Part shown: in pieces, positions 25,648-35,174 of the stretch
Layout of the letters: every line of letters begins with the position of its first letter
Numbering within the stretch: the stretch's first letter is position 1
IMG/VR virus record: IMGVR_UViG_3300033233_000104
Span: 1-35,408 of that record
Source: a virus
Lineage: Duplodnaviria > Caudoviricetes
DNA length: 35,408 nucleotides
Reading direction: 5' to 3' (one strand)
Notes under the pieces: model-generated
The model's database searches: none
What the model was told of the DNA's origin: nothing
The model's input: the letters and a program-made list of their open reading frames with translations, nothing else
Program-made: the position numbers and the translations under genes

Positions 25648-26014
25648 ACATACAGTACCAGGTAATAAACATTCAGTCCAGAACATTCTTAACTGGGCAT
25701 TTGATCCTGACTTTAATGTTATTGGAGTTGAACTTCTAGCATATGACTCAGTAAATGACACTATGCGTAGGGTAACAACTGATGCAATGAGTCATTTTGG
25801 AACCAATGATATAGACAAGGTTTCCTCAAATACATTTTATGAAGGACTTGAAGACTTAGATGGTAACTGGCAGTTGGTTCAGAATATAACAACGGGAACA
25901 GTTACTTCAATGCGTTATGCAACTCTAAAAAACAATGGAGCGGTTACTAGTTATAGTGATGCGTGGACAAATAGAGCAACCCTTCAATATGATGTATATT
26001 CGATTGCATTTTGA
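25634..26014 (+). CDS. Probable virion protein
   Basis: 126 aa; C-terminal ...W.NRA.L.Y motif seen in small phage structural proteins. Confidence 0.6.
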   Translation: MAVSKHTVPGNKHSVQNILNWAFDPDFNVIGVELLAYDSVNDTMRRVTTDAMSHFGTNDIDKVSSNTFYEGLEDLDGNWQLVQNITTGTVTSMRYATLKNNGAVTSYSDAWTNRATLQYDVYSIAF

Positions 26015-26016
26015 TT

Positions 26017-26676
26017 ATGAAAAATAAAGAAAAGATAATACAACAATATGAAGATGGATTAAGCACTATTGATTTAGGAAAAATCTACAATGTTAACTGT
26101 GTAACTATTTGGCATTGGTTAAAAAAATGGGGTATTAAAATAAGAAGTCGTGGAGAAATATTAAAATCATATAGGTTCAAAAAAGGGTGTGTTCCATTAA
26201 TTCCTTTTGAAAAAAATCATGTTCCTTGGAATAAAGGAATACACACAGGAATTAAACCGTGGTTAGGGAAGAAAAGACCTGATATGTCAATAAAAATGAA
26301 AGGAAGGATATTTAGTCAAGAAACATTAAATAAATTAAGTATATCTCATACTGGTAAAACTGGTTCTTTATGTTCAAATTGGAAGGGTGGTGTAACACCT
26401 ATTAATCATATTGAAAGAAATAAATTTAAGTTTTATATTCAAAAACAAGTATTAAAAAGAGATAATTATACTTGTCAGATATGTGGAGTAAGGGGTGTGA
26501 GATTACATGTTGACCATATTCAGAAATGGTCAGAATATGTTGAGGGAAGATTTTGTATTGATAATTGCAGGACGCTCTGTGTGAAGTGTCATTATAAAAT
26601 AACATTTGGTAAACCCATGCCAAAAGATAGTACATGGGGATTAAAAATTTATGACACATATAGTGTCGCATTTTAA
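26017..26676 (+). CDS. HNH homing endonuclease with HTH and NUMOD3 motifs
   Basis: N-terminal HTH, PWNKG, NWKGG, RDNYTCQICG, LHVDHI, N.RTLC..CH. Confidence 0.9.
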   Translation: MKNKEKIIQQYEDGLSTIDLGKIYNVNCVTIWHWLKKWGIKIRSRGEILKSYRFKKGCVPLIPFEKNHVPWNKGIHTGIKPWLGKKRPDMSIKMKGRIFSQETLNKLSISHTGKTGSLCSNWKGGVTPINHIERNKFKFYIQKQVLKRDNYTCQICGVRGVRLHVDHIQKWSEYVEGRFCIDNCRTLCVKCHYKITFGKPMPKDSTWGLKIYDTYSVAF

Positions 26677-26705
26677 CTATAGGATCATTTCGTAGTGTAA
26701 AATTA

Positions 26706-29426
26706 TTGGACAATCTCGCAACAGTAGTTGTTACTGGGGGATTAGTGAATAAAGGAGCCTATGACAACGTTGTTGACTATGCAGTAGGTGATGTAGTCTC
26801 CTATAACGGTTCCTCCTATGTAATGTATGTTGATGCTGTGGCAGGAACTCTCCCGACCGATACAACTAAATGGCAAGTTCTTGCAAATATTGGAGTTTGC
26901 GGTGTATCAGGCGTTTCTGGAGTTAGCGGAGTTAGTGGCGTGAGTGGCGTTTCAGGAGTTGTTGGAGCCTGTGGAGTCTCTGGCGTCAGTGGTGTTTCAG
27001 GATTTATTGGTTCCAACGGAGCCTGTGGTGTCTCTGGCGTGTCAGGTGTTTCTGGAGTTAAAGGCGATACTGGAGCTTGCGGAGTTAGTGGATTAGAATC
27101 TACGGTTGCAGGTCCAGCAGGAGCGTGTGGTGTAAGCGGGGTTAGTGGCATCGCTGGTACAAATGGAACTAATGGGGCTTGTGGTGTAAGTGGCGTGTCT
27201 GGAGTCTCGGGTGTTTCGGGTGCAGACTCAACTGTGGCGGGTCCTGCGGGGGCTTGTGGAGTTTCAGGGGTTAGTGGAGTTAGTGGCGTAAAAGGTGATA
27301 CAGGAGCCTGTGGCGTTAGTGGAGTATCTGGAACTGCATCTTCAGTAGCTGGTCCAGCAGGAGCATGTGGCGTGTCAGGCGTATCAGGAGTAAGTGGAGC
27401 TGATGGATTTGTTGGTTCAGATGGAGCCTGTGGTGTTTCGGGTGTTTCTGGGGTAGCAGGAAGTAATGGTTCTAATGGTGCTTGTGGAGTCAGTGGAGTA
27501 TCTGGTGTCGCAGGAACCAATGGAACTAATGGAGCGTGTGGTGTAAGTGGGGTATCAGGCGTTGCTGGTAGTAACGGGGCATGCGGAGTTAGTGGAACTG
27601 CTGGCGCTGGAGGAGCATGTGGTGTTTCTGGAGTTTCAGGAGTAAGCGGGGTTAGTGGCACAGCTGGGACTAATGGGGCTTGTGGTGTTTCTGGGGTATC
27701 AGGAGTTAGTGGAGTTTCTGGCGTGTCTGGTATAAGTGGAGTACAGGGATATGTAGCTGGTGGAAGATTTACATTCTCAACTACTACCACAGATTCTGAC
27801 CCTGGGACTGGCACTTTAAGATTTAATAGTGCGACAATTGCATCAGTTACATTCTTTTACATTGACAACGTTGACATAGGTTCAACCGACCTAACTGCGT
27901 GGTATGACACTTGGGATGATTCAACTTCAACAGTCAAGGGTCAATTATTAGTAAAAGCTGAACTGGAGACTGGAGACGCATTATTCACTATAACGACAGT
28001 TACAGCTGCGGCTGGATATTATAAGATTGGTGTTACCTACCTATCAGGTGTGTTGCCGACCAACGCAACTGTGCAGGGAATAGTATTTTCAAGAACTGGA
28101 AATTTGGGTGCTTGTGGTGTTTCTGGGGTATCTGGAGTATCAGGTACTGCAGGAACGGCAGGGGCATGTGGTGTTTCTGGAGTTTCAGGTGTGTCGGGAG
28201 TTTCAGGAGTAAGTGGGGTATCAGGTACAGCTGGCACTAATGGAACCAATGGTGCGTGTGGGGTGAGTGGTGTTAGCGGTGTTTCTGGAGTAGCAGGTGC
28301 AGGTGGAGCATGCGGAGTTAGCGGAGTTTCAGGAGTTTCTGGTACAACAGGCGCAACAGGACCAGCAACAGTAGCGACAGCTTTAGAAAATGTAACAGGA
28401 ACAGATAATAGCAAATATTTAACTCCTTTATCCAATGTCCCAGCATTTAATTCATCACTCTCAAGACAAGCCATCATAAACGGTAACTTTGATGTATGGC
28501 AGAGAGGAACAAGTATTGCGATGACTACTGCTGATGCTTATACTGCTGATAGATGGTACTGTGAGACTACAACGGCTGGAACTGACAAGACAGTTTCTCA
28601 ACAAACGGCTGGACTAAATGGTTCTTATTATTCTGCGAGAGTAGCAGCAGTTCAAGATGTAGATGCTTTAGTTATTTTCAGTCAGGCACTTGAAAGCAAA
28701 GACAGTCTAAAGTTCATAGGTCAGAAACTTACTCTTTCATTTTGGGCAAAAGGTGGAGCAGAGTTTGTAGCAGATAATGCGACTTTAGTTTCCAAAATCG
28801 TAACTGGAAAAGGAACAGACCAAAAGGTATTAGCTTTCACTACTTCAGCAGATGGTGTTTCACAAAACAACACTCTTACTACAAGTTGGGTAAAGTTTAC
28901 TTGCACAACAACCGCTGCAATTGCTTCAGATATTACTCAAATAGGAGTATCGTTTGCCTTTACCCATGCAGGAGCTGGAGTAACAACTAACTACTTTGAG
29001 ATTGCCCAAGTCCAACTCTGTGCAGGAGATGTAGCTCTACCTTTTCAGCCAAAGAGTTTTGCACAGGAATTAGTAGATTGTCAGAGATATTATGAGAAAT
29101 CATTTGAATACTCTGTTGCACCTGCTGATGTGAATACCAACAAAACAAGATGGTTGGCTGGAGCTTATGCTACAACAAATATGTTTGGATGGGTTCCCTT
29201 TAAAGTTAGAAAACGGATTGCTCCAACAGCAGTAACTTTTTATAATGATGCGGGAGGAACGGCTGCACGATGGGATTATATAACTACTTCATGGCAGACA
29301 AATAAAGTTACAGGACTAGATATGGTTTTAGAAAATGGATTTTCATTTGATGTTACTTCCACAAGTCTAACAGCTAATTATTGTTATCCATGTCGTGGAC
29401 ATTGGACAGTAGATTCAGAACTTTAA
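26706..29426 (+). CDS. Collagen-like tail/virion fibre protein
   Basis: N-terminal Y.VGDVV.YNG..Y (CBM5/12-like) module, two Gly-X-Y blocks, C-terminal IINGNFDVWQRG...ADRW...CQRYY domain; TTG start. Confidence 0.85.
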   Translation: MDNLATVVVTGGLVNKGAYDNVVDYAVGDVVSYNGSSYVMYVDAVAGTLPTDTTKWQVLANIGVCGVSGVSGVSGVSGVSGVSGVVGACGVSGVSGVSGFIGSNGACGVSGVSGVSGVKGDTGACGVSGLESTVAGPAGACGVSGVSGIAGTNGTNGACGVSGVSGVSGVSGADSTVAGPAGACGVSGVSGVSGVKGDTGACGVSGVSGTASSVAGPAGACGVSGVSGVSGADGFVGSDGACGVSGVSGVAGSNGSNGACGVSGVSGVAGTNGTNGACGVSGVSGVAGSNGACGVSGTAGAGGACGVSGVSGVSGVSGTAGTNGACGVSGVSGVSGVSGVSGISGVQGYVAGGRFTFSTTTTDSDPGTGTLRFNSATIASVTFFYIDNVDIGSTDLTAWYDTWDDSTSTVKGQLLVKAELETGDALFTITTVTAAAGYYKIGVTYLSGVLPTNATVQGIVFSRTGNLGACGVSGVSGVSGTAGTAGACGVSGVSGVSGVSGVSGVSGTAGTNGTNGACGVSGVSGVSGVAGAGGACGVSGVSGVSGTTGATGPATVATALENVTGTDNSKYLTPLSNVPAFNSSLSRQAIINGNFDVWQRGTSIAMTTADAYTADRWYCETTTAGTDKTVSQQTAGLNGSYYSARVAAVQDVDALVIFSQALESKDSLKFIGQKLTLSFWAKGGAEFVADNATLVSKIVTGKGTDQKVLAFTTSADGVSQNNTLTTSWVKFTCTTTAAIASDITQIGVSFAFTHAGAGVTTNYFEIAQVQLCAGDVALPFQPKSFAQELVDCQRYYEKSFEYSVAPADVNTNKTRWLAGAYATTNMFGWVPFKVRKRIAPTAVTFYNDAGGTAARWDYITTSWQTNKVTGLDMVLENGFSFDVTSTSLTANYCYPCRGHWTVDSEL
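26892..28367 (+). repeat. Two coding Gly-X-Y blocks (about 26892-27752 and 28098-28367) built from GAC(GVS)n
   Basis: Directly visible in translation; codons highly diversified. Confidence 0.9.
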
Positions 29427-29456
29427 TTTATAAACAACTATCTTAATAAGTAATGT

Positions 29457-29485
29457 TTGATTTATTCTCTAAAATATGGTAGTCT
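29457..29485 (+). promoter_or_regulatory. Promoter of the glycan cluster
   Basis: TTGATT-17-TAGTCT with TGn. Confidence 0.6.
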
Positions 29486-29494
29486 TAAATATAC

Positions 29495-31147
29495 ATGAAA
29501 CTGTCATTCTCCAATAAGTTTGACTTCGTAAAGGAAGAATTTGAAAAGTCTGGAGTTTGGGAACCTAAAACTACCAAGTATGTTGAGGAACATCTCAAAG
29601 AAGGACAAACCTTTGTAGATGTAGGAGCTAATGTTGGGTATTACACTATTCTTGCTGCCAAGTTGGGTGCTAAAGTAATTGCCTTTGAACCGTCTGTAAA
29701 TAATCGTGAACTTCTTAATAAAAATATTAAGAATAATAATTGTAAGGTTAAAGTATTCAGTCAAGCTCTATCTAATACTTCAGGAAACACTATTCTTTAC
29801 ACTAACACCACTCCTGGACAATATAGTCTAATGGGTTCAGGTAACGGAGAAAAGGTTGAGATGGTGACATATGACTCACTTCATTTACCTGTTCCAGACA
29901 TGATAAAGTTGGATGTTGAGGGTTCAGAGCGTTCAGTATTAGAGGGTATGCAAAGTGTCCTCACTACCGATAAACCAATAACCATCATCATTGAAGATTG
30001 GAGGAATGATTTAACAGAGTGGTTAGTAAGAACTCACAAGTTTAATCTGGTTACGACCGAGCGGATGCACGGCAACAAAATCTTAACCAAGAACCAACCT
30101 TTTAAGTACACTCCAGAACCCTACACTATTCACCTATTAAGTCTCCCTCATACCGAAACCACCAAGGACTACTCATGGTGTGCATTTACCTCCCTGGTAA
30201 TTAACATGGCTACCATGATGACTCGTGAAGGACATAAAGTTATTCTCTATGCTGGAGAAAATAACGAAGCTGAATGTTTTGAACATATTAACTGTTCGGG
30301 AAAACCTAAAAGCTGTGACTTCTTTGTTCCTCCTTGGACATATGAATACTTTGCTCCTATGAATAACAAGATTATTGAAGAGATGAAAAAGCGTATCCAG
30401 ATAGGAGATATTATCCTTGAGTCAACCTCTTTACAGAGTGTCGTAGCTGAAGCTTTCCCTCGGAATATATCAATGGAATACGCCATTGGATATGGTGGGT
30501 GTAAGTCGCCCTGTAGAGTATTTCCCGCTGAGGCGTGGAGACATGAGATTTATGGCAGGGATGCTGCAGCCCGTGGCGAGGACATTCATACAGTCATGGG
30601 TTATAGTTCAGATGCAGTCATTCCCCATATGTTAAATGTAGACCAATTTCCCGAGGGTAAGGGAGACGGAGGATACTTACTATTTGTTGGTCGGTTGGGG
30701 GGATTGAAGGGTGAGCAGGTAGCCGTGGAGACTTCTAAACGTACAGGAATACCCCTAAAGATTATTGGTCCTGGTACTCCACCTAATTATGGCGAATATT
30801 TAGGAGTAATGAAACCCAAGGAGAGAGCCAAACTAATGGGCGGTGCAATAGCACTATTTGCTCCATCAATGTTTCCAGAACCTTTTTGTCTTGTTGTACC
30901 AGAGGCCCAGATGACAGGTACTCCCACAATCACAACCGATTGGGGGGCTGTAACCGAGACAAATGAGAATGGAGTTTCTGGTTATAGATGTTCTACACTG
31001 GATGAGTTTGAACAAGCTGTCTGGGATTGTATGAAGCTAGATAGGAAAAAGATACGTCAACGTGCTATTGATAAGTATTCTTTCAAAACGATAGGACCTA
31101 TGTACACAAGGTTTTTTCACCGTTTAGAGAAAATAATGCCCAAGTAA
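29495..31147 (+). CDS. FkbM-family methyltransferase fused to a GT-B (GT4-like) glycosyltransferase
   Basis: DVGANVGYY, AFEP, IKLDVEGSE; then LFVGRL...KG, EPF.LV..EA...GTP.I....G...E. Confidence 0.9.
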   Translation: MKLSFSNKFDFVKEEFEKSGVWEPKTTKYVEEHLKEGQTFVDVGANVGYYTILAAKLGAKVIAFEPSVNNRELLNKNIKNNNCKVKVFSQALSNTSGNTILYTNTTPGQYSLMGSGNGEKVEMVTYDSLHLPVPDMIKLDVEGSERSVLEGMQSVLTTDKPITIIIEDWRNDLTEWLVRTHKFNLVTTERMHGNKILTKNQPFKYTPEPYTIHLLSLPHTETTKDYSWCAFTSLVINMATMMTREGHKVILYAGENNEAECFEHINCSGKPKSCDFFVPPWTYEYFAPMNNKIIEEMKKRIQIGDIILESTSLQSVVAEAFPRNISMEYAIGYGGCKSPCRVFPAEAWRHEIYGRDAAARGEDIHTVMGYSSDAVIPHMLNVDQFPEGKGDGGYLLFVGRLGGLKGEQVAVETSKRTGIPLKIIGPGTPPNYGEYLGVMKPKERAKLMGGAIALFAPSMFPEPFCLVVPEAQMTGTPTITTDWGAVTETNENGVSGYRCSTLDEFEQAVWDCMKLDRKKIRQRAIDKYSFKTIGPMYTRFFHRLEKIMPK

Positions 31148-31166
31148 AGTAGCACTTCATTATGGG

Positions 31167-31195
31167 TTGCAAAGTTGGAAATAATATGTTAGGCT
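31167..31195 (+). promoter_or_regulatory. Internal promoter
   Basis: TTGCAA-17-TAGGCT with TGn. Confidence 0.5.
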
Positions 31196-31225
31196 AATAA
31201 TAACTATCAATAAATAGTCTAGGCT

Positions 31226-32047
31226 ATGATAAAGAAAGTTAATTCCACCATCATTGGTTCAGGTCTCATAGGCGACTCTCTCGCTAAAAAACTTCGCTCA
31301 CTCAAACATAAAGTAACAGTTCTTCATCATGATGATGAGATTAAGATAAATGACGCTGATTATATATTCTATGTAGCCTCTTATGGAAATCATTATTCTC
31401 AGACTGATGAGTATAAGACCTTCAAGGCAAACGTATTTAATTATCTACACTTACTTCGGGATACTATTGATGTTCCATATACAACATTATTTTACTTCTC
31501 GACCTCATCAGTAACTCTACCAGTACAGACTAATTATTCAGACTCCAAATATATAGGTGAGATTATTAGTAAGAGATTCTCAAAGAGATATAAGAAACCC
31601 ATTGTTGTGGTAAGACCCTCATCGGTATATGGTATCGGTGAAAAGCCATGGAGATTCTTTCCTGTTGCAATCAACAACGTAATGGATGGTAAGGATATGC
31701 CCATAAGTAAAGGATTCCATGATTGGATTGAAGTTACAGACTTCGTAAATGCAGTTACTATCCTGATGAAAAATACCCCTAAGGTTATAGGCAAATCAGT
31801 TCCTATTGGAACTGGAATACAAACGAGCAATCATCAAGTAATGGGACTTGTAATGAAGTTAATAGGAAAGACTATAAAGTTAATCGAAAGTGATACAGTA
31901 AAAAGAAAATATGATACTGTTAATTGGGTAGCAGATAATTCACTGATTAAATCAATGGGTTGGAAACAGAAAGTAACATTAGAAAAAGGGTTATCAAAAA
32001 TGTTCAAACACTATGTCTCAAAAAGAACTAAAGCGCAGGGTCGCTGA
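31226..32047 (+). CDS. NAD-dependent NDP-sugar epimerase/dehydratase/reductase (extended SDR)
   Basis: GSGLIG, STSSV, YSDSK (YxxxK), RP.SVYG, DWI.V.D. Confidence 0.9.
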   Translation: MIKKVNSTIIGSGLIGDSLAKKLRSLKHKVTVLHHDDEIKINDADYIFYVASYGNHYSQTDEYKTFKANVFNYLHLLRDTIDVPYTTLFYFSTSSVTLPVQTNYSDSKYIGEIISKRFSKRYKKPIVVVRPSSVYGIGEKPWRFFPVAINNVMDGKDMPISKGFHDWIEVTDFVNAVTILMKNTPKVIGKSVPIGTGIQTSNHQVMGLVMKLIGKTIKLIESDTVKRKYDTVNWVADNSLIKSMGWKQKVTLEKGLSKMFKHYVSKRTKAQGR

Positions 32048-32639
32048 ACTAACCTATCGTCATGGATTAACGCATCTGAGTTCTTGCCTTAATGCCGTTG
32101 GAATTATAGACAACATCTACAAAGTCAAGAAAGACAATGAACCCTTCATCCTTTCCCAAGGTCATGCAGCCCTCGCTTTATACGTAGTATTGGAAAAGTA
32201 TTTCTTCCATGATGCTGAAATGTTAATTAAGAAACATGGTACTCACCCAGGACGAGATATGGAGAATGGTATTTGGTGTTCTACTGGTTCACTTGGCTCA
32301 GGTATCACAGTAGCTGTTGGAATGGCACTAGCTGATAGGACTCGTAACGTCTACGTAGTAATTAGTGATGGGGAACTAGCTGAAGGGTCTGTATGGGAAG
32401 CTCTTAAGATAGCAATGGACTTCAAACTGGAAAATTTACGGGTTACGTGTATCTCAAATGGGTATGGAGGATACGGTAAAACTGAACCTGACCTACTTGA
32501 TATACGACTACAGTACTTTTATCCAACACTTATGCTAAAAGTAAATACATTCGCCTATCCTGATTGGGTTCAGGGAGTTGCGGGACATTATATCAAGATG
32601 GATGAGGCCAAATATAAAGAATTAATTGCATCACTATGA
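32013..32639 (+). CDS. Transketolase-like protein, ThDP-binding N-terminal subunit
   Basis: HLSS, ILSQGH, TGSLG.G, SDGE..EG..WEA...N. Confidence 0.92.
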   Translation: MSQKELKRRVAELTYRHGLTHLSSCLNAVGIIDNIYKVKKDNEPFILSQGHAALALYVVLEKYFFHDAEMLIKKHGTHPGRDMENGIWCSTGSLGSGITVAVGMALADRTRNVYVVISDGELAEGSVWEALKIAMDFKLENLRVTCISNGYGGYGKTEPDLLDIRLQYFYPTLMLKVNTFAYPDWVQGVAGHYIKMDEAKYKELIASL

Positions 32640-33157
32640 CAACAGAAGAACGGTTGAAGAACTATCCACGCTTTAATAGTATCAAGGGAGAGTTCGTCTA
32701 TGAACTCTATAAGGCGATGGCAAAGAATGACAAGATTGTCCTTATTACCTGTGACCTAGGCTACCGTCAATTTGACTCACACTTTGAAGACTTCCCAGAC
32801 AGATGTTTTAACGTAGGTGCAAGCGAACAGGCTGGTATGGGAGTGGCGGTCGGAATGGTACTCTCAGGTAAGATTCCCTTTATCTATTCAATAACCAACT
32901 TCCTTATATATCGTCCCTTTGAGTGGATACGTAACTACGTGAACTACGAGAAGATACCAGTTAAACTAATTGGTAGTGGACTTGACAAAGACTATGCTGA
33001 GGATGGGATAACCCACCAATGTGAAGACCTAGACCAAGTAATGAAACTATTTAAGAACATTAAACGATTAAATCCTTTAGATAAAAAAGATATTAAGTCT
33101 ATGTTAAAAATTATGATTGAGGACAACAATCCTTATTTCATCGGCCTAAAACGCTAA
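32636..33157 (+). CDS. Transketolase-like protein, pyrimidine-binding subunit (no domain III)
   Basis: DLG, NVG.SEQ...G.A.G, R.FE.IR, G.TH. Confidence 0.92.
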   Translation: MTTEERLKNYPRFNSIKGEFVYELYKAMAKNDKIVLITCDLGYRQFDSHFEDFPDRCFNVGASEQAGMGVAVGMVLSGKIPFIYSITNFLIYRPFEWIRNYVNYEKIPVKLIGSGLDKDYAEDGITHQCEDLDQVMKLFKNIKRLNPLDKKDIKSMLKIMIEDNNPYFIGLKR

Positions 33158-33165
33158 TTAATCGT

Positions 33166-33816
33166 ATGGCACTTAAAGCACTGTTTTTTCCTGATGTTCC
33201 TTTTGAGTCTCTTTTTATTCCTTATATTTATAAGGAGATATATTTTGAAGGTGTTTATATTGATATCTTTAATACAAAAAAGGATATGGTAGTAATTGAT
33301 GTCGGAGCAAATATCGGAGTAGTTACTCAGTATATGAGAGACTATGCTAAAAAACTTATAGCCATTGAACCCTCAACAGAACACTTTGAGGCTTTAAAAA
33401 AGAATAAGGAATTCAATAAATGGGACAATGTAACGATAGTAAAGGCAGCTATTGCAGATAAGGATGGAGAGATGACACTTAAACTCGATCCTAACAATAG
33501 AACTTGTCATCATCTCCAATGGGCAGGAGTAAGTCAGACTAACCAACAAGAAGAAAAAGTTAAAACCATATGTTTTGAGACCCTGCTGAAGGAGAACAAT
33601 CTTGATGTGGTGGACTTCGTAAAGTTTGACGTTGAGGGGGCTGAAGAGTTAATCCTTATGGGAGAATCATTTGCTAAGGTAGCAGATAAGATTAAAGCCA
33701 TTGAGGTTGAGTTCCATTTTCCTTCATGGCCAAATATTGTAAACCACATGATTAAGTTAGGTTATAAGGCACGCAGATATGACAGTTCGGCAATTATAGT
33801 TTTATTTAGCAGATGA
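33166..33816 (+). CDS. FkbM-family SAM methyltransferase
   Basis: DVGANIG, AIEP, KFDVEGAE, EFH. Confidence 0.92.
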   Translation: MALKALFFPDVPFESLFIPYIYKEIYFEGVYIDIFNTKKDMVVIDVGANIGVVTQYMRDYAKKLIAIEPSTEHFEALKKNKEFNKWDNVTIVKAAIADKDGEMTLKLDPNNRTCHHLQWAGVSQTNQQEEKVKTICFETLLKENNLDVVDFVKFDVEGAEELILMGESFAKVADKIKAIEVEFHFPSWPNIVNHMIKLGYKARRYDSSAIIVLFSR

Positions 33817-34439
33817 ATAAGTATTTCGTAGATGGGATAGGAATATGGGCAGATGATGATAGATTCATACGTGAAGTCATGATACAGAATGAATATAAAT
33901 ATCTCTATGATTATGAAACAGTGGTTGATTGTGGAGCTAATATCGGTACATTCACTTTGTGGATATACGATAAGGCAAAACGTATCTATGCCATAGAACC
34001 TAATCCCCATGCCATAAAACTCCTACAAAAGACCATAAACGAGAACCATCTTGATAAGGTAATACCTCTTGAAATTGCAATCACAGGGTCAGATGAGGAG
34101 AGATACTTTGCCAATACTGATGATCCAGTATATGGTTCAGGTCTTATAAACGATACATCAGGTATACGGGTAAAGTGTATGGCGGTTGACTCATTCATGG
34201 CAAAACACCAAATAGAGTATATTGACTTACTGAAGATAGATATTGAGGGATGTGAGGTAGAAGTATTCTCATCCCCAGGATTTAAGAACGCTGCGCATAA
34301 AATTGGGACTATTATTGGAGAATATCACACAGGAGAAAAAGAAAAACTCATAGAAGGTTCATTGAAGGAGGTTGGATTTAGGTTCGTAGATATAACTAAG
34401 GGAAACTCTAGTGGTCAATTCATCGCAAAACATATATGA
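33813..34439 (+). CDS. FkbM-family SAM methyltransferase
   Basis: DCGANIG, AIEP, LKIDIEGCE, EYH. Confidence 0.92.
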   Translation: MNKYFVDGIGIWADDDRFIREVMIQNEYKYLYDYETVVDCGANIGTFTLWIYDKAKRIYAIEPNPHAIKLLQKTINENHLDKVIPLEIAITGSDEERYFANTDDPVYGSGLINDTSGIRVKCMAVDSFMAKHQIEYIDLLKIDIEGCEVEVFSSPGFKNAAHKIGTIIGEYHTGEKEKLIEGSLKEVGFRFVDITKGNSSGQFIAKHI

Positions 34440-35173
34440 GAGTAGTATTTTTTACTATAGTCGGGGACAATTACTACAATCCAGTAGGTATTCCACAAAT
34501 GATTAACTCATTTAAGAGATTTCATCCTGATATTGATTTAGTAGTATTCAGACAGGATGTAATTGATGAGGTCTTTAAGGAGAAAGGAATTAATTTCTAT
34601 AATGCCAAGCCTACTTTCGCCAAACTACTCTCTCCTTACTATGACCTTGTCGTAAACGTGGATGCGGATCATATCTTTCTAGCCCGTTGTGAGGAGATAC
34701 TTAAAGGAGACTATGAAGTAGGGTGTCCCATAAATAAGAACGATTACGAGAATACATCGGTTGAGAACGTTACTGAGGATATGTATCTTCAGGGAGGAAT
34801 GGTCGCCTCTACTCAATCTAAATTCTGGGATATTTGGGAGGTAGCTAATAAAAGAGCAATGATATATAAATGCAAAGAAAATGACATAATGAATCTTGTT
34901 ATCTATAATGATCCGATTATAAAAGAAATGAAGTTGAAGATATTTGATAAGAATAAGGACTATTATGGTTGTAAGAGTTTAGGTCGTGAAGGAGAGTTTT
35001 ATATCAAAGACAACAAAGTTATGTGTCGTAAGGAACAAGTTTACCTATATCATGTAGCTAAGGGGGGCATACAGAAGCCTCGACCTGAACAGTTAGGTTT
35101 CTCTAGTGAAGTTATAGATTATATGAACGCTGCTTCCTACTATGGGAAGAGTGTTCGTTATTCCCAATTCTAA
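34436..35173 (+). CDS. GT-A fold glycosyltransferase (GT8-like)
   Basis: NS...FHP, K, DAD (DxD), GG, END.MN, late H motifs. Confidence 0.75.
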   Translation: MRVVFFTIVGDNYYNPVGIPQMINSFKRFHPDIDLVVFRQDVIDEVFKEKGINFYNAKPTFAKLLSPYYDLVVNVDADHIFLARCEEILKGDYEVGCPINKNDYENTSVENVTEDMYLQGGMVASTQSKFWDIWEVANKRAMIYKCKENDIMNLVIYNDPIIKEMKLKIFDKNKDYYGCKSLGREGEFYIKDNKVMCRKEQVYLYHVAKGGIQKPRPEQLGFSSEVIDYMNAASYYGKSVRYSQF

Positions 35174-35174
35174 T

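Noticed and set aside
9430-26676. Group I introns or inteins around the HNH genes
   Set aside because: Flanking genes are intact and the short spacers leave no room for a ribozyme core; TerL and capsid are normal length
26816-28477. Minus-strand Pro/Thr-rich ORFs (332 and 146 aa)
   Set aside because: Antisense shadows of Gly-X-Y codons
28450-29426. Diversity-generating retroelement target in the fibre C-terminus
   Set aside because: No reverse transcriptase and no template/variable repeat pair seen in the window
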